Source of the DNA: Treponemataceae bacterium
GTDB taxonomy: Bacteria; Spirochaetota; Spirochaetia; Treponematales; Rectinemataceae
NCBI GenBank assembly: GCA_963678065.2
Contig: CAXXVZ010000003.1
Span: 2,016,001 to 2,080,000, forward strand
Direction: 5' to 3'
Length of the DNA stretch: 64,000 nt
A program made the position numbers and the translations under genes. Below the pieces are notes generated by a model, which searched no databases, was not told the origin of the DNA, and worked only from the letters and a program-made list of their open reading frames with translations. Of this stretch, positions 47,122 through 56,865 are shown one piece after another; positions within the stretch are counted from its first letter, which is position 1; every line of letters begins with the position of its first letter.

Positions 47122-48489
47122 TCACAGATCCATCGTCGAATGGTAAGGCGAAGTCTTGCCTCTGTGTTCGGCCTTGGCTGCCGCGAGGAGTCCGGGCTCG
47201 GACGCAAGCGCATAACCTGTCGCAGCCAGCACGGCCGCAGCCCAGCGCATCGCCTTGAAGGCCATGCCCGAGCCCGAAGCGGAACAGGATTGCCAGGTAT
47301 GCGCGCCCACTCCGAGAGGCCAGGTCGCCGCGTTCATCTGCCCGGTCGGGACGATGTAGGAAACATCGCCCGTGTCGAGCGAACCCCCGATCCTGCAGCC
47401 TGCCCCGAAATCACCGACCTCGCCGTGAACCGCATGCCGCAGCAAGGACACAGGCGCCCCGATCGGTGTGAGCGTCGCTTCTCTGTCTTTCTTGCCGATC
47501 GTGGCGGCGAGACTCCTCGCGAAATCCTTCTCTCCGGCCGAAAGTCGGGGCAAGGGTGTCTGCCGCATGATCGCGGCCATCCTGTCGTGGATAGTGTCGT
47601 TCGGAATATAGTCGCATTTCCCGTGCGTTATCTCCCATGTCACCGAAGTCTCCGTCATCATCGCGGCACCTTTGGCTGCCTTGATGACTCGCTGGACTGC
47701 CCTGTGCAAAGATTCTGCCCGGGGAGCGCGGACATAGAGCATCGTCGCGGCGCGCTCGGGAACGATGTTCGGCTTGGCCCCTCCATCTGAAATGACATAG
47801 TGGATGAGCGTCCCCCGCTCGACATGCTCACGCAGGAATTCGAGACCGATGTTCATGAGCTGGACTGCGTCGAGGGCGGATCGGCCCGCGTGCGGAGCCA
47901 TGCCGGCGTGGCTCGCCCTGCCCCTGAACCTGAAAGTCATAGCTATGTTGGCGCTCGTCATATAGCGGTGAGGGGTATTGACGTCGGCAGGGTGCCAGGT
48001 CAGGGCGGCGACGACGTCGTCGAAACGACCGGCCTTCACCTGAGGGATGCGCCCGAGGGCTTCTTCGGCTGGACAGCCATAGTACCGAACCGTCCCGGGC
48101 AGTCCCGACGTCGACAGAGTCGCCGCGAGGGCCTCGGCCGCTGCGAGGGCTCCCACGCCGAGGAGATTGTGGCCGCAGCCATGTCCGGCCCCTCCCGCCA
48201 CGCGGGCTTCCTGTTTGACCGAGCAAAGCTGGGACATCCCCGGCAAGGCATCGTATTCGCCCATGATGGCGATGATGGGCGCGCCCTGCCCCTTCTCGGC
48301 TTTAAAGGAATGCGGCATCTCGGGGAATTCTGCGATTCTGAATCCGGACCGCGAGAGTCTCTCGCGATGAATGGCCGAAGAACGTACCTCCTCGCCTGAT
48401 TTTTCAGGGTTTTCCCAGATGTCGAGGGCCAGGGCATCGTATTCGGCCGCGCGGGCCTCCACAAAATCGCGAATCGTCTCAAGCGTCAT
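47122..48489 (-). CDS. AbgB-like M20 amidohydrolase
   Basis: IWENPE, GEYDALPG, GHGCGHNLLG, GCPAEE, WHP, GRSALDAV, D.GDVS, HTWQ. Confidence 0.9.
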   Translation of the reverse strand: MTLETIRDFVEARAAEYDALALDIWENPEKSGEEVRSSAIHRERLSRSGFRIAEFPEMPHSFKAEKGQGAPIIAIMGEYDALPGMSQLCSVKQEARVAGGAGHGCGHNLLGVGALAAAEALAATLSTSGLPGTVRYYGCPAEEALGRIPQVKAGRFDDVVAALTWHPADVNTPHRYMTSANIAMTFRFRGRASHAGMAPHAGRSALDAVQLMNIGLEFLREHVERGTLIHYVISDGGAKPNIVPERAATMLYVRAPRAESLHRAVQRVIKAAKGAAMMTETSVTWEITHGKCDYIPNDTIHDRMAAIMRQTPLPRLSAGEKDFARSLAATIGKKDREATLTPIGAPVSLLRHAVHGEVGDFGAGCRIGGSLDTGDVSYIVPTGQMNAATWPLGVGAHTWQSCSASGSGMAFKAMRWAAAVLAATGYALASEPGLLAAAKAEHRGKTSPYHSTMDL

Positions 48490-48643
48490 CGAAAACCTCC
48501 GGATTGCCCAGTATACATCGACCTGGGATGAGGGTCACGCAGTCCGGTGCGCATTCGCCACCCATTCGCGCGAAGCATTTCAACTCCGGTATCCAGAAAA
48601 CATGTATGTTATATTTTATTTTTCATGTATTCGAGAATGGTAC

Positions 48644-48671
48644 AAAAAAACCGGCCCGAGAGGCCGGTTTT
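48644..48671 (-). terminator. Intrinsic terminator
   Basis: AAAACCGGCC-TCTCG-GGCCGG-T7. Confidence 0.8.
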
Positions 48672-48719
48672 CAATCCCATCACGATGAGCGACAGCGAAC
48701 AATCTGACCGGTTTCCCGC

Positions 48720-49892
48720 TCAGTAGGACACAGTGGTCGATATCTTCAGAATAAGACTGAGCCGTTTTTCCCAGGACAGAGGGAGATCCCAGTTCGCCGG
48801 CAGCTTAAGTCCATAGGCGCTTCCTGAATCGCCGTAGCTGAATGGCACAGCGAGTTCGACATCCACTCCAGGGAAAGGCGTCGATTTCAGCAGCGCGGCT
48901 AGGGAACCGGATCCGTCCGCCGCACAGTGAAGCCATTGAACCCCAAGTTTGAGGGGATGAACCGTGGCTGGTTTCCAGCCTGCCGCGAGGGCCGAGTAGT
49001 GCCCCGCCGGGATGTCTCCCGCCAAGGAGTCCGCCTTGTAGCGGTATTCCCCAGTGATGACAAGCCTTGGATCGACCCACTCCTTCATGAAGCCTGCCGT
49101 GATGCCCTTCCACGCCAAGGAACCTGAGGCATAATCAGCCCTCGTCTCGGCAAACAGATCTGCTCCTCCAAGCGAAGTTCCCGCCCCGGCTGTCAGGCTC
49201 CCGGAACCGTCGCCGTGAAGAAGGCCGGAAAAATCGACCCCTGTTTTGCCCGTGGCATACTCGGCTCGCAGGGCGCCGTTCGCGTTGACGAGCGAGTAAA
49301 CAGAGCTCGCGATAGCCTCGTAATACCCCACCGCCGTGAACCCGGCCTTTCCCGCGGGGAGGAAGGCCTTCACGGCAAAGGAGCCTGCTGTGGACTCGTC
49401 GGTGATATCGAGCAGGTCCCCGATCTTGAAAATGCTTCCCCGTCCCCAGCCGATGACCTGTTTCCCCGCCCGGATGAAAATCCTGTTGCCGAAATCCCTG
49501 TCGACGAACAATTCGTCGAGCGTGAATGCGGCGGTGGGAATATCATATTCCGCAAAGCCATGGATTCGCGTCGACGCATCTGGGCGAGCGTCGAAGCTGG
49601 CCTTGAAGATTCCATCGAATCCTCCGGCAGTATCCACTCCCGAAATGGCGCCCGAGAGCGGCCAATCTGCCCAGCCGAGAGCTCCCACCGCAAAGGATTC
49701 TACCGAAATGGAAAAATCGAAACTCCGCTTTTTTGCGATATCTCCCAGGACCGAACCCGTCCCCGCCTCGCTGACGACGCCCGGACTGGACGAGTCGAAA
49801 AGGGAATCGATTTCCGCATCCTGGCCTGCTTCCTGACTCCAGGCGAAGAGAGGAAGAAACATAAAAAGGCAGAGAACAAGCTTTTTTTTCAC
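48720..49892 (-). CDS. Putative outer-membrane beta-barrel protein
   Basis: Signal peptide, LDELFVD...RAGKQVIGWG, amphipathic strands, C-terminal aromatic residue (TVSY). Confidence 0.7.
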   Translation of the reverse strand: MKKKLVLCLFMFLPLFAWSQEAGQDAEIDSLFDSSSPGVVSEAGTGSVLGDIAKKRSFDFSISVESFAVGALGWADWPLSGAISGVDTAGGFDGIFKASFDARPDASTRIHGFAEYDIPTAAFTLDELFVDRDFGNRIFIRAGKQVIGWGRGSIFKIGDLLDITDESTAGSFAVKAFLPAGKAGFTAVGYYEAIASSVYSLVNANGALRAEYATGKTGVDFSGLLHGDGSGSLTAGAGTSLGGADLFAETRADYASGSLAWKGITAGFMKEWVDPRLVITGEYRYKADSLAGDIPAGHYSALAAGWKPATVHPLKLGVQWLHCAADGSGSLAALLKSTPFPGVDVELAVPFSYGDSGSAYGLKLPANWDLPLSWEKRLSLILKISTTVSY

Positions 49893-49900
49893 CCTGCCCC

Positions 49901-50674
49901 CTACCTACCCATCTTTTCGAGCCAGGCCTTCGTGAAAAGCGCGTCAGGAAGAGGATCGAGCGAGGGTTTCGCGACCGAAATGCGCGTCTGCTCGTTGATG
50001 AATTTGCCATCGACAGTCTTTCCCCTCAGGTTATCGACGATGACCATCGACATTGGCACGAACCTGTTCCCCACCTTCTGGTAGGAGGGGATGGCCGTCG
50101 TCCTGAGGACCTGCCCCGAGAGGCTGAAATCGACGGACTTCCGCACGAGGTTGTCTGCGTCGATCCACAGCTTGACGACCGGGACGGGCACCTCGGCCGT
50201 AACGGCTTCCAGATCGAGCACCCAGCAGTCGAATTTTCCGAGCATCTCTTTCTTCGCGGCCTTCACGCGGTAGTCGCCGGAAAAGTTAGAATGCGTGAAA
50301 TCAGAATTCCGCGCGTTCGAGTTCTGAAAACGCTCTTTAGCGTCGGTGAAGCTGAACTTCCTGCTCGAGGCATCGTAGAACCACAGCCCGTCGTCGATCT
50401 TGAGATAGCCCTTACCCTTGTCCGCAGGCGGATCCATTACAAGGATGAGGAAGGTTTTTGCCTTGTCACGCCGGAAAATCGCCGCGACGGTGGTCGTGCG
50501 CCCCGAACCCGGCTTGTCCTGCACGATGGTATACTCTGCGGAAAAATCTGTACTCTCGAAGCTGACGAGGAAATCGACGCGCCTCAGCATATCCTGAAAA
50601 TTCGGTTCCGCCGCCCAGAGGGAATGACAGAGCGCGATCGCGATGTAAGCGACCAGAAGTATTCTCTTTTTCAT
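49901..50674 (-). CDS. LolA-like outer membrane lipoprotein-sorting protein
   Basis: Signal peptide, P..DKGKGYLK....W.Y, F..S.....DF, LPDA.FTKA.LE. Confidence 0.85.
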   Translation of the reverse strand: MKKRILLVAYIAIALCHSLWAAEPNFQDMLRRVDFLVSFESTDFSAEYTIVQDKPGSGRTTTVAAIFRRDKAKTFLILVMDPPADKGKGYLKIDDGLWFYDASSRKFSFTDAKERFQNSNARNSDFTHSNFSGDYRVKAAKKEMLGKFDCWVLDLEAVTAEVPVPVVKLWIDADNLVRKSVDFSLSGQVLRTTAIPSYQKVGNRFVPMSMVIVDNLRGKTVDGKFINEQTRISVAKPSLDPLPDALFTKAWLEKMGR

Positions 50675-50677
50675 GAC

Positions 50678-51976
50678 TCACTCCACGGAAAAAGCGCGGG
50701 CGGGGCTGATTTTCACCGCGGACCGAACAGGGCCCGACACAGCCAGAAGGCTCGCAACGATCATCACCGCGAGAACGAAGGCCCAGGCAGAGGGATCCAC
50801 AAGCGGCGCCAGTCTCCCCTTGCTGAGGAACACGTCGAAGCCGGGAATCCACGAAAGCGAAAACGAGGATGCGATCCGCAGCAGACCTGTGCCGCAGGCC
50901 AGCCCGACGCATGAGGCGGCGAGGGAAAGCATGCCCGCCTCAACCAGGAACATCAAGGCCACGCCCCGGGCCGGCATTCCAAGGGCGCGCATCGTCCCGA
51001 TCTCCCTCGTCCTCTCGATGACGACAACCCTGTAGGTGTTGGTGATTCCCAGAACGACGATTCCGAGAAGAAGCCCCGCGAGGGCGTAGGACATGAGGGA
51101 GAAGACATCGGCGACCTGGCTGATCTGGTAGAGGTGGGCCTCAAGTCCCAGCAGAGAATGCCTGATGCCCTTCCACCCTTCTGCGCCGGTCTGATCCGCC
51201 ATGTCACCCTTGGACGCGACGAGGGGAAACATGGATACCGTCTTTTCGAGCCGGGCCTGAATGTCGGAAAGGCGAGGCCTCGGAGCCCTGCCAGTGAAAT
51301 GGGCTCCGACGTAGGTTGCCCAGGAAGAATCGTAGCGCAGGAGTTCCTTCAGAAAGCCGTTGTCGACATAGGAAGTATACTGGCCGAAGAGACTGGAATC
51401 CCGGAAAATGCCCCTCACGACGAGGGTGGCCGAGTTTCTCTGACCTGTATAGGTGTCGGTAAGGAGGGTGACGCGGTCTCCTGCGTGGACATCGAGAGCC
51501 TCGGCGACGGGTTCGGAGATGATGAGCCCCTCCGCCTTCGCCATCCCGGCGGTGCCACCCTCCACAAAATTGAGTTTGTCGAAAAACCGTCCTTCGCGGT
51601 CCCATTCGACGCCTGAAACCATCTTCTGGCGGACAGAGAGCCCGCGGTTGACGAGGAAAATGTTGGGCGAACGATCTTCCGTCCGTGGAGAAGCCACGAT
51701 GGAGGCGCCAGGCAGGGATTCAAGCGCGTCGACGATCTTCGAGGCCGAATCCGTCGTCTGGAAGCTATCGTCGCGGTGTCCGAGGACGGAAAAGTCCCCG
51801 CCATAGTACACTGAGGCCTTTTCCAGAAGACTCGCGCGCATTCCTCCGATCGCCCCATACACCAGAGTCAGAATGGCGCAACCGAAGGCGATCGCAGTGG
51901 CCAGGGACAGTGATCGTCCTTTCTGCCGCACAAGATTGCGGATCGCAAGACGCATCGTAGTTTTTATGCCTCTCAT
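50678..51976 (-). CDS. FtsX/LolE-like ABC permease
   Basis: LAIRNL.R, large periplasmic loop, ERTREIGTMRALG, P...A.KI.P..A. Confidence 0.9.
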   Translation of the reverse strand: MRGIKTTMRLAIRNLVRQKGRSLSLATAIAFGCAILTLVYGAIGGMRASLLEKASVYYGGDFSVLGHRDDSFQTTDSASKIVDALESLPGASIVASPRTEDRSPNIFLVNRGLSVRQKMVSGVEWDREGRFFDKLNFVEGGTAGMAKAEGLIISEPVAEALDVHAGDRVTLLTDTYTGQRNSATLVVRGIFRDSSLFGQYTSYVDNGFLKELLRYDSSWATYVGAHFTGRAPRPRLSDIQARLEKTVSMFPLVASKGDMADQTGAEGWKGIRHSLLGLEAHLYQISQVADVFSLMSYALAGLLLGIVVLGITNTYRVVVIERTREIGTMRALGMPARGVALMFLVEAGMLSLAASCVGLACGTGLLRIASSFSLSWIPGFDVFLSKGRLAPLVDPSAWAFVLAVMIVASLLAVSGPVRSAVKISPARAFSVE

Positions 51977-53445
51977 TCTGCTGCCAGAGCGCGCACAGGC
52001 TGGATCTTCACCGCATATCGCACGGGGAATATCCACACGAGGGCCCCCACGAGGGCGATGCCGAGATTCTCGTTCACGAGAGTACGGAGTGTGACGACCG
52101 GTTTCAGCGTCGTCGATCCGAACAAGGTGACGAGGACCTGATTCCCGACAGGGATGCCCGATGCCGCGATAGCGAAGGCGATGGACGCGCCAAGGGTTGT
52201 CCCGATGAGCGAGGCGGAAAGAGTCAGCATCAGTGTTTCCCAAAAAAAGAGCCCGGCTACGAAGTCTTTCCCCGCACCGAGCGCGCGCATTGTCCCGATT
52301 TCGCCTGTTCTTTCGACCACGGCCATCATGAGGGCGTTGACGAGTATGATGGCCGCACCAAAGAACACGATACCCATGCCGATATTGAACACGACGCGAA
52401 TCCACGACACGAAGAGAGCGGAATCGCCGGATGTTCCCCGCCAACCATCGATCCGCACTCCAAAGGAGACGAGACGAGGGTTAGCCGACAGCGTCTTTTT
52501 CACGCGCTCCGCATCGACGCCTTTTTTCAGTTTGATGAGGATATAATTCCACTTGTCCGGGTCAGGCTTCGGAAGTTCCGAAGAGACCGAGGCCTTGAGT
52601 CTCTGTTCCACGAAGTCCAGGGAAATACCCTCCCCTTTCTGCGTGACCGAATCGGAAGCGCCCGAAAACAGGGAATCGATATCTGAAGCCGCGATGGGTG
52701 CCGTGGCAGGAGCAACCGGAACCGGGGCGGCTTTCGGGCCTGCGGCTTCATTATTCCTTACCATCCCAAGAAGATTTTTCAACGACGCCGCATCGGCAAG
52801 CACGATGGAGTCGAGTGTTTCATTGCGGACAGGATAGGAGAGAATCCCCCTCAAAGGCAGTTCGACGATGGAAAAGCCGAGGGAGGAAAAAACGCTTAAT
52901 CTGACAGAGTCGCCCGGAACGAGAATCTTGCCGGTCGATTTTCCGATCGCCTCGACCCTCTCCCTCGTGATCATGATTCCGGGCTCGTCAGGAATGAGAA
53001 GACGTCCCTCCTGCGCGACAATTCCCGGGAAAAGCGCGAAATAATCGTGAGGCTCGATCCCAAAGACAAAAGCGGGTTTGCGGTAATCTCCCGACTCGAC
53101 GAGAACCTGCCCTGACACGAGAGATGCCGTTCTTTCGATCCCGGATGTCGAATCGAGAACGACCCTGGTTTCAGAGTATGATGGAAGTACTGGTAGAAGC
53201 GAAAGGTCGCCGACAATCGGTGTCTGGTTGCCGAAAAGGCTGAACTGCTGCCCCGATCGCGCGCTCGCCGAAAGATCTCCGGTGAACCCTTCGGAGTAGA
53301 CCTTCCTGACACCGGAATCGGTGCCGTCAAGAAAGGCGTTCCCGAGGGCCATGATCGCCGCGCAGCCGGCGACAAGAAGACCGAGGACCATGTTGCGGCG
53401 AGAATTCCGGAAAAGATTCCTGACGGCGAGATGTACGATCCTCAT
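51973..53445 (-). CDS. FtsX/LolC-like ABC permease with acidic periplasmic insertion
   Basis: LAVRNL.RN.RR, ERTGEIGTMRALGA, P...A.KIQPV.AL. Confidence 0.9.
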   Translation of the reverse strand: MRIVHLAVRNLFRNSRRNMVLGLLVAGCAAIMALGNAFLDGTDSGVRKVYSEGFTGDLSASARSGQQFSLFGNQTPIVGDLSLLPVLPSYSETRVVLDSTSGIERTASLVSGQVLVESGDYRKPAFVFGIEPHDYFALFPGIVAQEGRLLIPDEPGIMITRERVEAIGKSTGKILVPGDSVRLSVFSSLGFSIVELPLRGILSYPVRNETLDSIVLADAASLKNLLGMVRNNEAAGPKAAPVPVAPATAPIAASDIDSLFSGASDSVTQKGEGISLDFVEQRLKASVSSELPKPDPDKWNYILIKLKKGVDAERVKKTLSANPRLVSFGVRIDGWRGTSGDSALFVSWIRVVFNIGMGIVFFGAAIILVNALMMAVVERTGEIGTMRALGAGKDFVAGLFFWETLMLTLSASLIGTTLGASIAFAIAASGIPVGNQVLVTLFGSTTLKPVVTLRTLVNENLGIALVGALVWIFPVRYAVKIQPVRALAAE

Positions 53446-53457
53446 TGATCCGCGATT

Positions 53458-54528
53458 CTATCGCTTTTCATAATTCGAGTCGATCCACTTCAGGTATTCG
53501 CCCGTCCTGATCCTGTCGGTCCATCCACGGTGAGAGAGGTACCAATCTACAGTCCGCTCGAGCCCTTCGTCGAACGAAACCATCTGCATCCATCCAAGCT
53601 CGCTCTTCAGCTTCGAGCAATCGATGGCGTAGCGCCTGTCATGCCCCGGTCTGTCCTTGACGGTCGTGATGAGGGCATGCAGGCTCTGCGCGCCGGCTCC
53701 AGTTTTCTCGGCGACGATCTCGATGAGTCTGTAAAGGAGCTTGATGTTCTCCCACTCGTTCTCGCCGCCGATGTTGTAGGATTCCCCTTCCCTGCCCTTC
53801 TGCATGACGAGCCAGACGGCCGCATTGTGGTCCTCCACATAAAGCCAGTCTCTGATGTATCTGCCATCGCCGTAGACAGGGAGGTTTTTCTTCTCGAGCA
53901 TATTGAGGACCATGAGCGGAATCAGTTTCTCGGGGAACTGATAGGGGCCGTAATTGTTCGAGCAATTAGTCAGTGTGATGGGCAGGCCGTAGGTGTGGTG
54001 ATAGGCTCTGACGAGGTGATCCGACGAAGCCTTCGAGGCGGAATAAGGACTGCGGGGATCGTACGCTGTATCCTCGCGGAAATACCCCTCGGCGCCGAGA
54101 GAACCGTAGACTTCGTCGGTGCTCACATGGTGGAAGAGGCAGCCTTCCCTGTCCTTCCACGCGTTTTTCGCGACATCGAGCAGAGTAAAAGTCCCCATCA
54201 CATTCGTCTTGATGAAGGCCTCGGGTCCGAGAATCGAGCGGTCAACATGACTTTCCGCCGCGAAGTGGACAACGGCATCGATCCCGTACTTTTCGAATAT
54301 CCGCTCGACGAGGGCGCGATCGCAGATGTCCCCGTGCTCGAAGAAATAACGCGTGCCTCCCTGTTCCTCTTCGACCGAAGCCAGGTTCTCCTGATTTCCC
54401 GCGTAGGTAAGGGCGTCGAGATTGACTATCCGGCCATCGAAACCTGCTTTACCGAACAGATAGTGGATAAAATTCGATCCGATGAAACCGGCCCCGCCGG
54501 TGACGAGGATACTTTTCAGACTCCGCAT
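53458..54528 (-). CDS. rfbB: dTDP-glucose 4,6-dehydratase
   Basis: VTGGAGFIGSNF, FAAESHVDRSI, STDEVYG, YSASK, RPGHDRRY. Confidence 0.97.
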   Translation of the reverse strand: MRSLKSILVTGGAGFIGSNFIHYLFGKAGFDGRIVNLDALTYAGNQENLASVEEEQGGTRYFFEHGDICDRALVERIFEKYGIDAVVHFAAESHVDRSILGPEAFIKTNVMGTFTLLDVAKNAWKDREGCLFHHVSTDEVYGSLGAEGYFREDTAYDPRSPYSASKASSDHLVRAYHHTYGLPITLTNCSNNYGPYQFPEKLIPLMVLNMLEKKNLPVYGDGRYIRDWLYVEDHNAAVWLVMQKGREGESYNIGGENEWENIKLLYRLIEIVAEKTGAGAQSLHALITTVKDRPGHDRRYAIDCSKLKSELGWMQMVSFDEGLERTVDWYLSHRGWTDRIRTGEYLKWIDSNYEKR

Positions 54529-54539
54529 GCTTTCTCCTT

Positions 54540-55412
54540 TTATCGCTTATCTGCAGCTATCGAAGCGAGGTATGCGTCGAGACTCAGATTCCAGGCCGGT
54601 GTCGCACAACCTAGTACATCCCGAATCTTGCACTTGGATAGGACAGACCAGGCTGGCCGCTTTGTCTTTGTGGGATACTCGTCAGTGCGAAGCGGCTTCA
54701 CAGGGATTTCTCGCGTCAGAAGGCCGTATTTTAATCCAAGTCTCCGAATTTCGAGCGCGAGGTCGTACCAGCTGATATTGCCTTCATCCGTGAAGTGATA
54801 GGTCCCGTAGGCCGATGAATCGCAAATGATGATGGTCGCAATGGCCTCAGCGAGATCGCGAGCCCAGGTCGGGGACCCCCGCTGGTCCGCCACAACACCG
54901 ATCGAGTCCTTTGTCTCCATGAGCTTGAGCATCGTGTGCACAAAACTGCTCCCGTGCTTTCCGTACAGCCACGCGGTGCGAAGGATGAAGTGGCGTGCAC
55001 AACCGTCGCGCACAAGGACTTCCCCCTCGGCTTTCGTGCGGCCGTACATGCCCGTCGGCCCCACCGGATCATCCTCCGTATAAGGTCTCGTGCCATCGCC
55101 ATCGAACACATAATCCGTCGAAATATGGATGAACCTTGCCCCGATTTCAGAGGCCAGCTTTGCCATGTTGGCCGGACCCACGGCATTGATTTTCCGCGCG
55201 AGGTCGACTTCGTCCTCGGCCTTGTCCACGGCTGTGTAAGCCGCACAATTGACTATCCAAGGAACATCCTTCCCGACGCAGGCTGCACGGAGCGCCTCCG
55301 GATCGACTATATCGCACTCCCTATCTGTCCCGAAAAATGCCATCCCATGCCGTCCAAAGCATTCCGAAAGCTCCGTTCCGAGCATACCTTTATTGCCGAT
55401 GAGCCAGATCAT
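54540..55412 (-). CDS. rfbD: dTDP-4-dehydrorhamnose reductase
   Basis: G..GMLG, NCAAYTAVDKAE, STDYVFDG, YGRTK, DQ.GSPT. Confidence 0.96.
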   Translation of the reverse strand: MIWLIGNKGMLGTELSECFGRHGMAFFGTDRECDIVDPEALRAACVGKDVPWIVNCAAYTAVDKAEDEVDLARKINAVGPANMAKLASEIGARFIHISTDYVFDGDGTRPYTEDDPVGPTGMYGRTKAEGEVLVRDGCARHFILRTAWLYGKHGSSFVHTMLKLMETKDSIGVVADQRGSPTWARDLAEAIATIIICDSSAYGTYHFTDEGNISWYDLALEIRRLGLKYGLLTREIPVKPLRTDEYPTKTKRPAWSVLSKCKIRDVLGCATPAWNLSLDAYLASIAADKR

Positions 55413-55425
55413 TGTTTCTTCCTTG

Positions 55426-55971
55426 CTAGAAGCGGTACGAATCCCTGAACCAGCCGAGACCGGCGTCCCGCGGGGAGACACTGACATCCGTCTCGGGCCA
55501 CGCAACTGCGAGGTCAGGATCATTCCAGCGGATTCCGGATTCGGTTCCCGAATCATATTCGTTTGTACACTTGTACAGAAGATGAACGGTTTCGCTCAAG
55601 ACTACAAACCCGTGCGCGAATCCGGGAGGGATCCACAGCATGAACCCGGTTTCACCTGAGAGTTCGATGCCTTCCCATTTTCCGAGAGTCGGCGAATTGG
55701 CCCGAAGATCGACGGCGACGTCCCATATTCTGCCTTCAACCGCGCGTACTAGCTTCCCTTGAGCACTGGGGGTTTTCTGAAAGTGCAGCCCCCGCAATAC
55801 GCCTTTAGAAGAAAATGAATGATTGTCCTGGACAAAGGGCAGCCTGATCCCGGCGCCAGCGAACTCCGACATCTTGTAGGTTTCGTAGAAGTACCCTCGC
55901 GAATCGGGGAATACTCTCGGCTTGACAAGAACAAGCCCATCGATGGAGAGGGGTTCGAAAACGAAGGGCAT
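55426..55971 (-). CDS. rfbC: dTDP-4-dehydrorhamnose 3,5-epimerase
   Basis: D.RGYF.E, FVQDNHS.S..GVLRGLHFQ, DVAVDLR, GFAHGF. Confidence 0.97.
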   Translation of the reverse strand: MPFVFEPLSIDGLVLVKPRVFPDSRGYFYETYKMSEFAGAGIRLPFVQDNHSFSSKGVLRGLHFQKTPSAQGKLVRAVEGRIWDVAVDLRANSPTLGKWEGIELSGETGFMLWIPPGFAHGFVVLSETVHLLYKCTNEYDSGTESGIRWNDPDLAVAWPETDVSVSPRDAGLGWFRDSYRF

Positions 55972-55973
55972 AC

Positions 55974-56849
55974 TCAGACCTCACTCTCGTCGACGATACG
56001 GAGCAGATACTCGCCATAGGACGATTTTTTGAGCCGCTCGGCCAACACACGGAACTGAGCAAGATCGATAAAGCCCATTCCGAGAGCGATTTCTTCGATG
56101 CAGGCTATCTTGTAGCTCTGCCGCTCCTCCACCATCCTTATGAAGGACGTAGCATCGGCCAGCGAGTCGTGAGTCCCGGTATCGAGCCACGCAAACCCGC
56201 GCCCCATCAGCTTGACCGAGAGCTGACCACGCCTCAGGTATTCCCTGTTCACATCCGTGATCTCGTATTCTCCCCGCGCCGAAGGTTTGAGGTTAGCGGC
56301 AATATCGACCACGGTATTGTCATAAAAATAGAGTCCGACGACAGCGTGGTTCGACTTCGGCATCGCAGGTTTTTCCTCGATCGAGAGAACCGTACCGTCC
56401 TTTGCGAACTCCACGACTCCAAAGCGTCCAGGGTCCCTCACATAATACCCGAAAACGATGGCTCCGGAACGAAGCGACGCCGCTTCCCGGACGAGGTCAG
56501 AAAAACCGTGCCCATAGAAAATATTATCTCCAAGCACGAGACAGACAGAGTCATTCCCGATGAATTCCCTACCGAGCACGAAAGCCTGCGCGAGGCCGTT
56601 GGGAACCTCCTGGACCTTGTACTCCAGCTCCATCCCGTAGTCCGAGCCATCTCCGAGCAGGTTTCGGAAAAGCGGCGTCGATTCCGGCGTAGAGATGATC
56701 AGTATTTCCCGTATGCCCGCGAGCATCAGCGCCGAGAGAGGATAATAGATCATCGGCTTGTCGTAAACAGGCAGTAATTGCTTACAAATTACGGAAGTTG
56801 CCGGGTACAGACGGGTTCCCGCCCCCCCGGCAAGAATGATTCCTTTCAT
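55974..56849 (-). CDS. rfbA: Glucose-1-phosphate thymidylyltransferase
   Basis: [43 protein letters not shown]. Confidence 0.97.
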   Translation of the reverse strand: MKGIILAGGAGTRLYPATSVICKQLLPVYDKPMIYYPLSALMLAGIREILIISTPESTPLFRNLLGDGSDYGMELEYKVQEVPNGLAQAFVLGREFIGNDSVCLVLGDNIFYGHGFSDLVREAASLRSGAIVFGYYVRDPGRFGVVEFAKDGTVLSIEEKPAMPKSNHAVVGLYFYDNTVVDIAANLKPSARGEYEITDVNREYLRRGQLSVKLMGRGFAWLDTGTHDSLADATSFIRMVEERQSYKIACIEEIALGMGFIDLAQFRVLAERLKKSSYGEYLLRIVDESEV

Positions 56850-56865
56850 CTTTTTTCCTTCTGAA

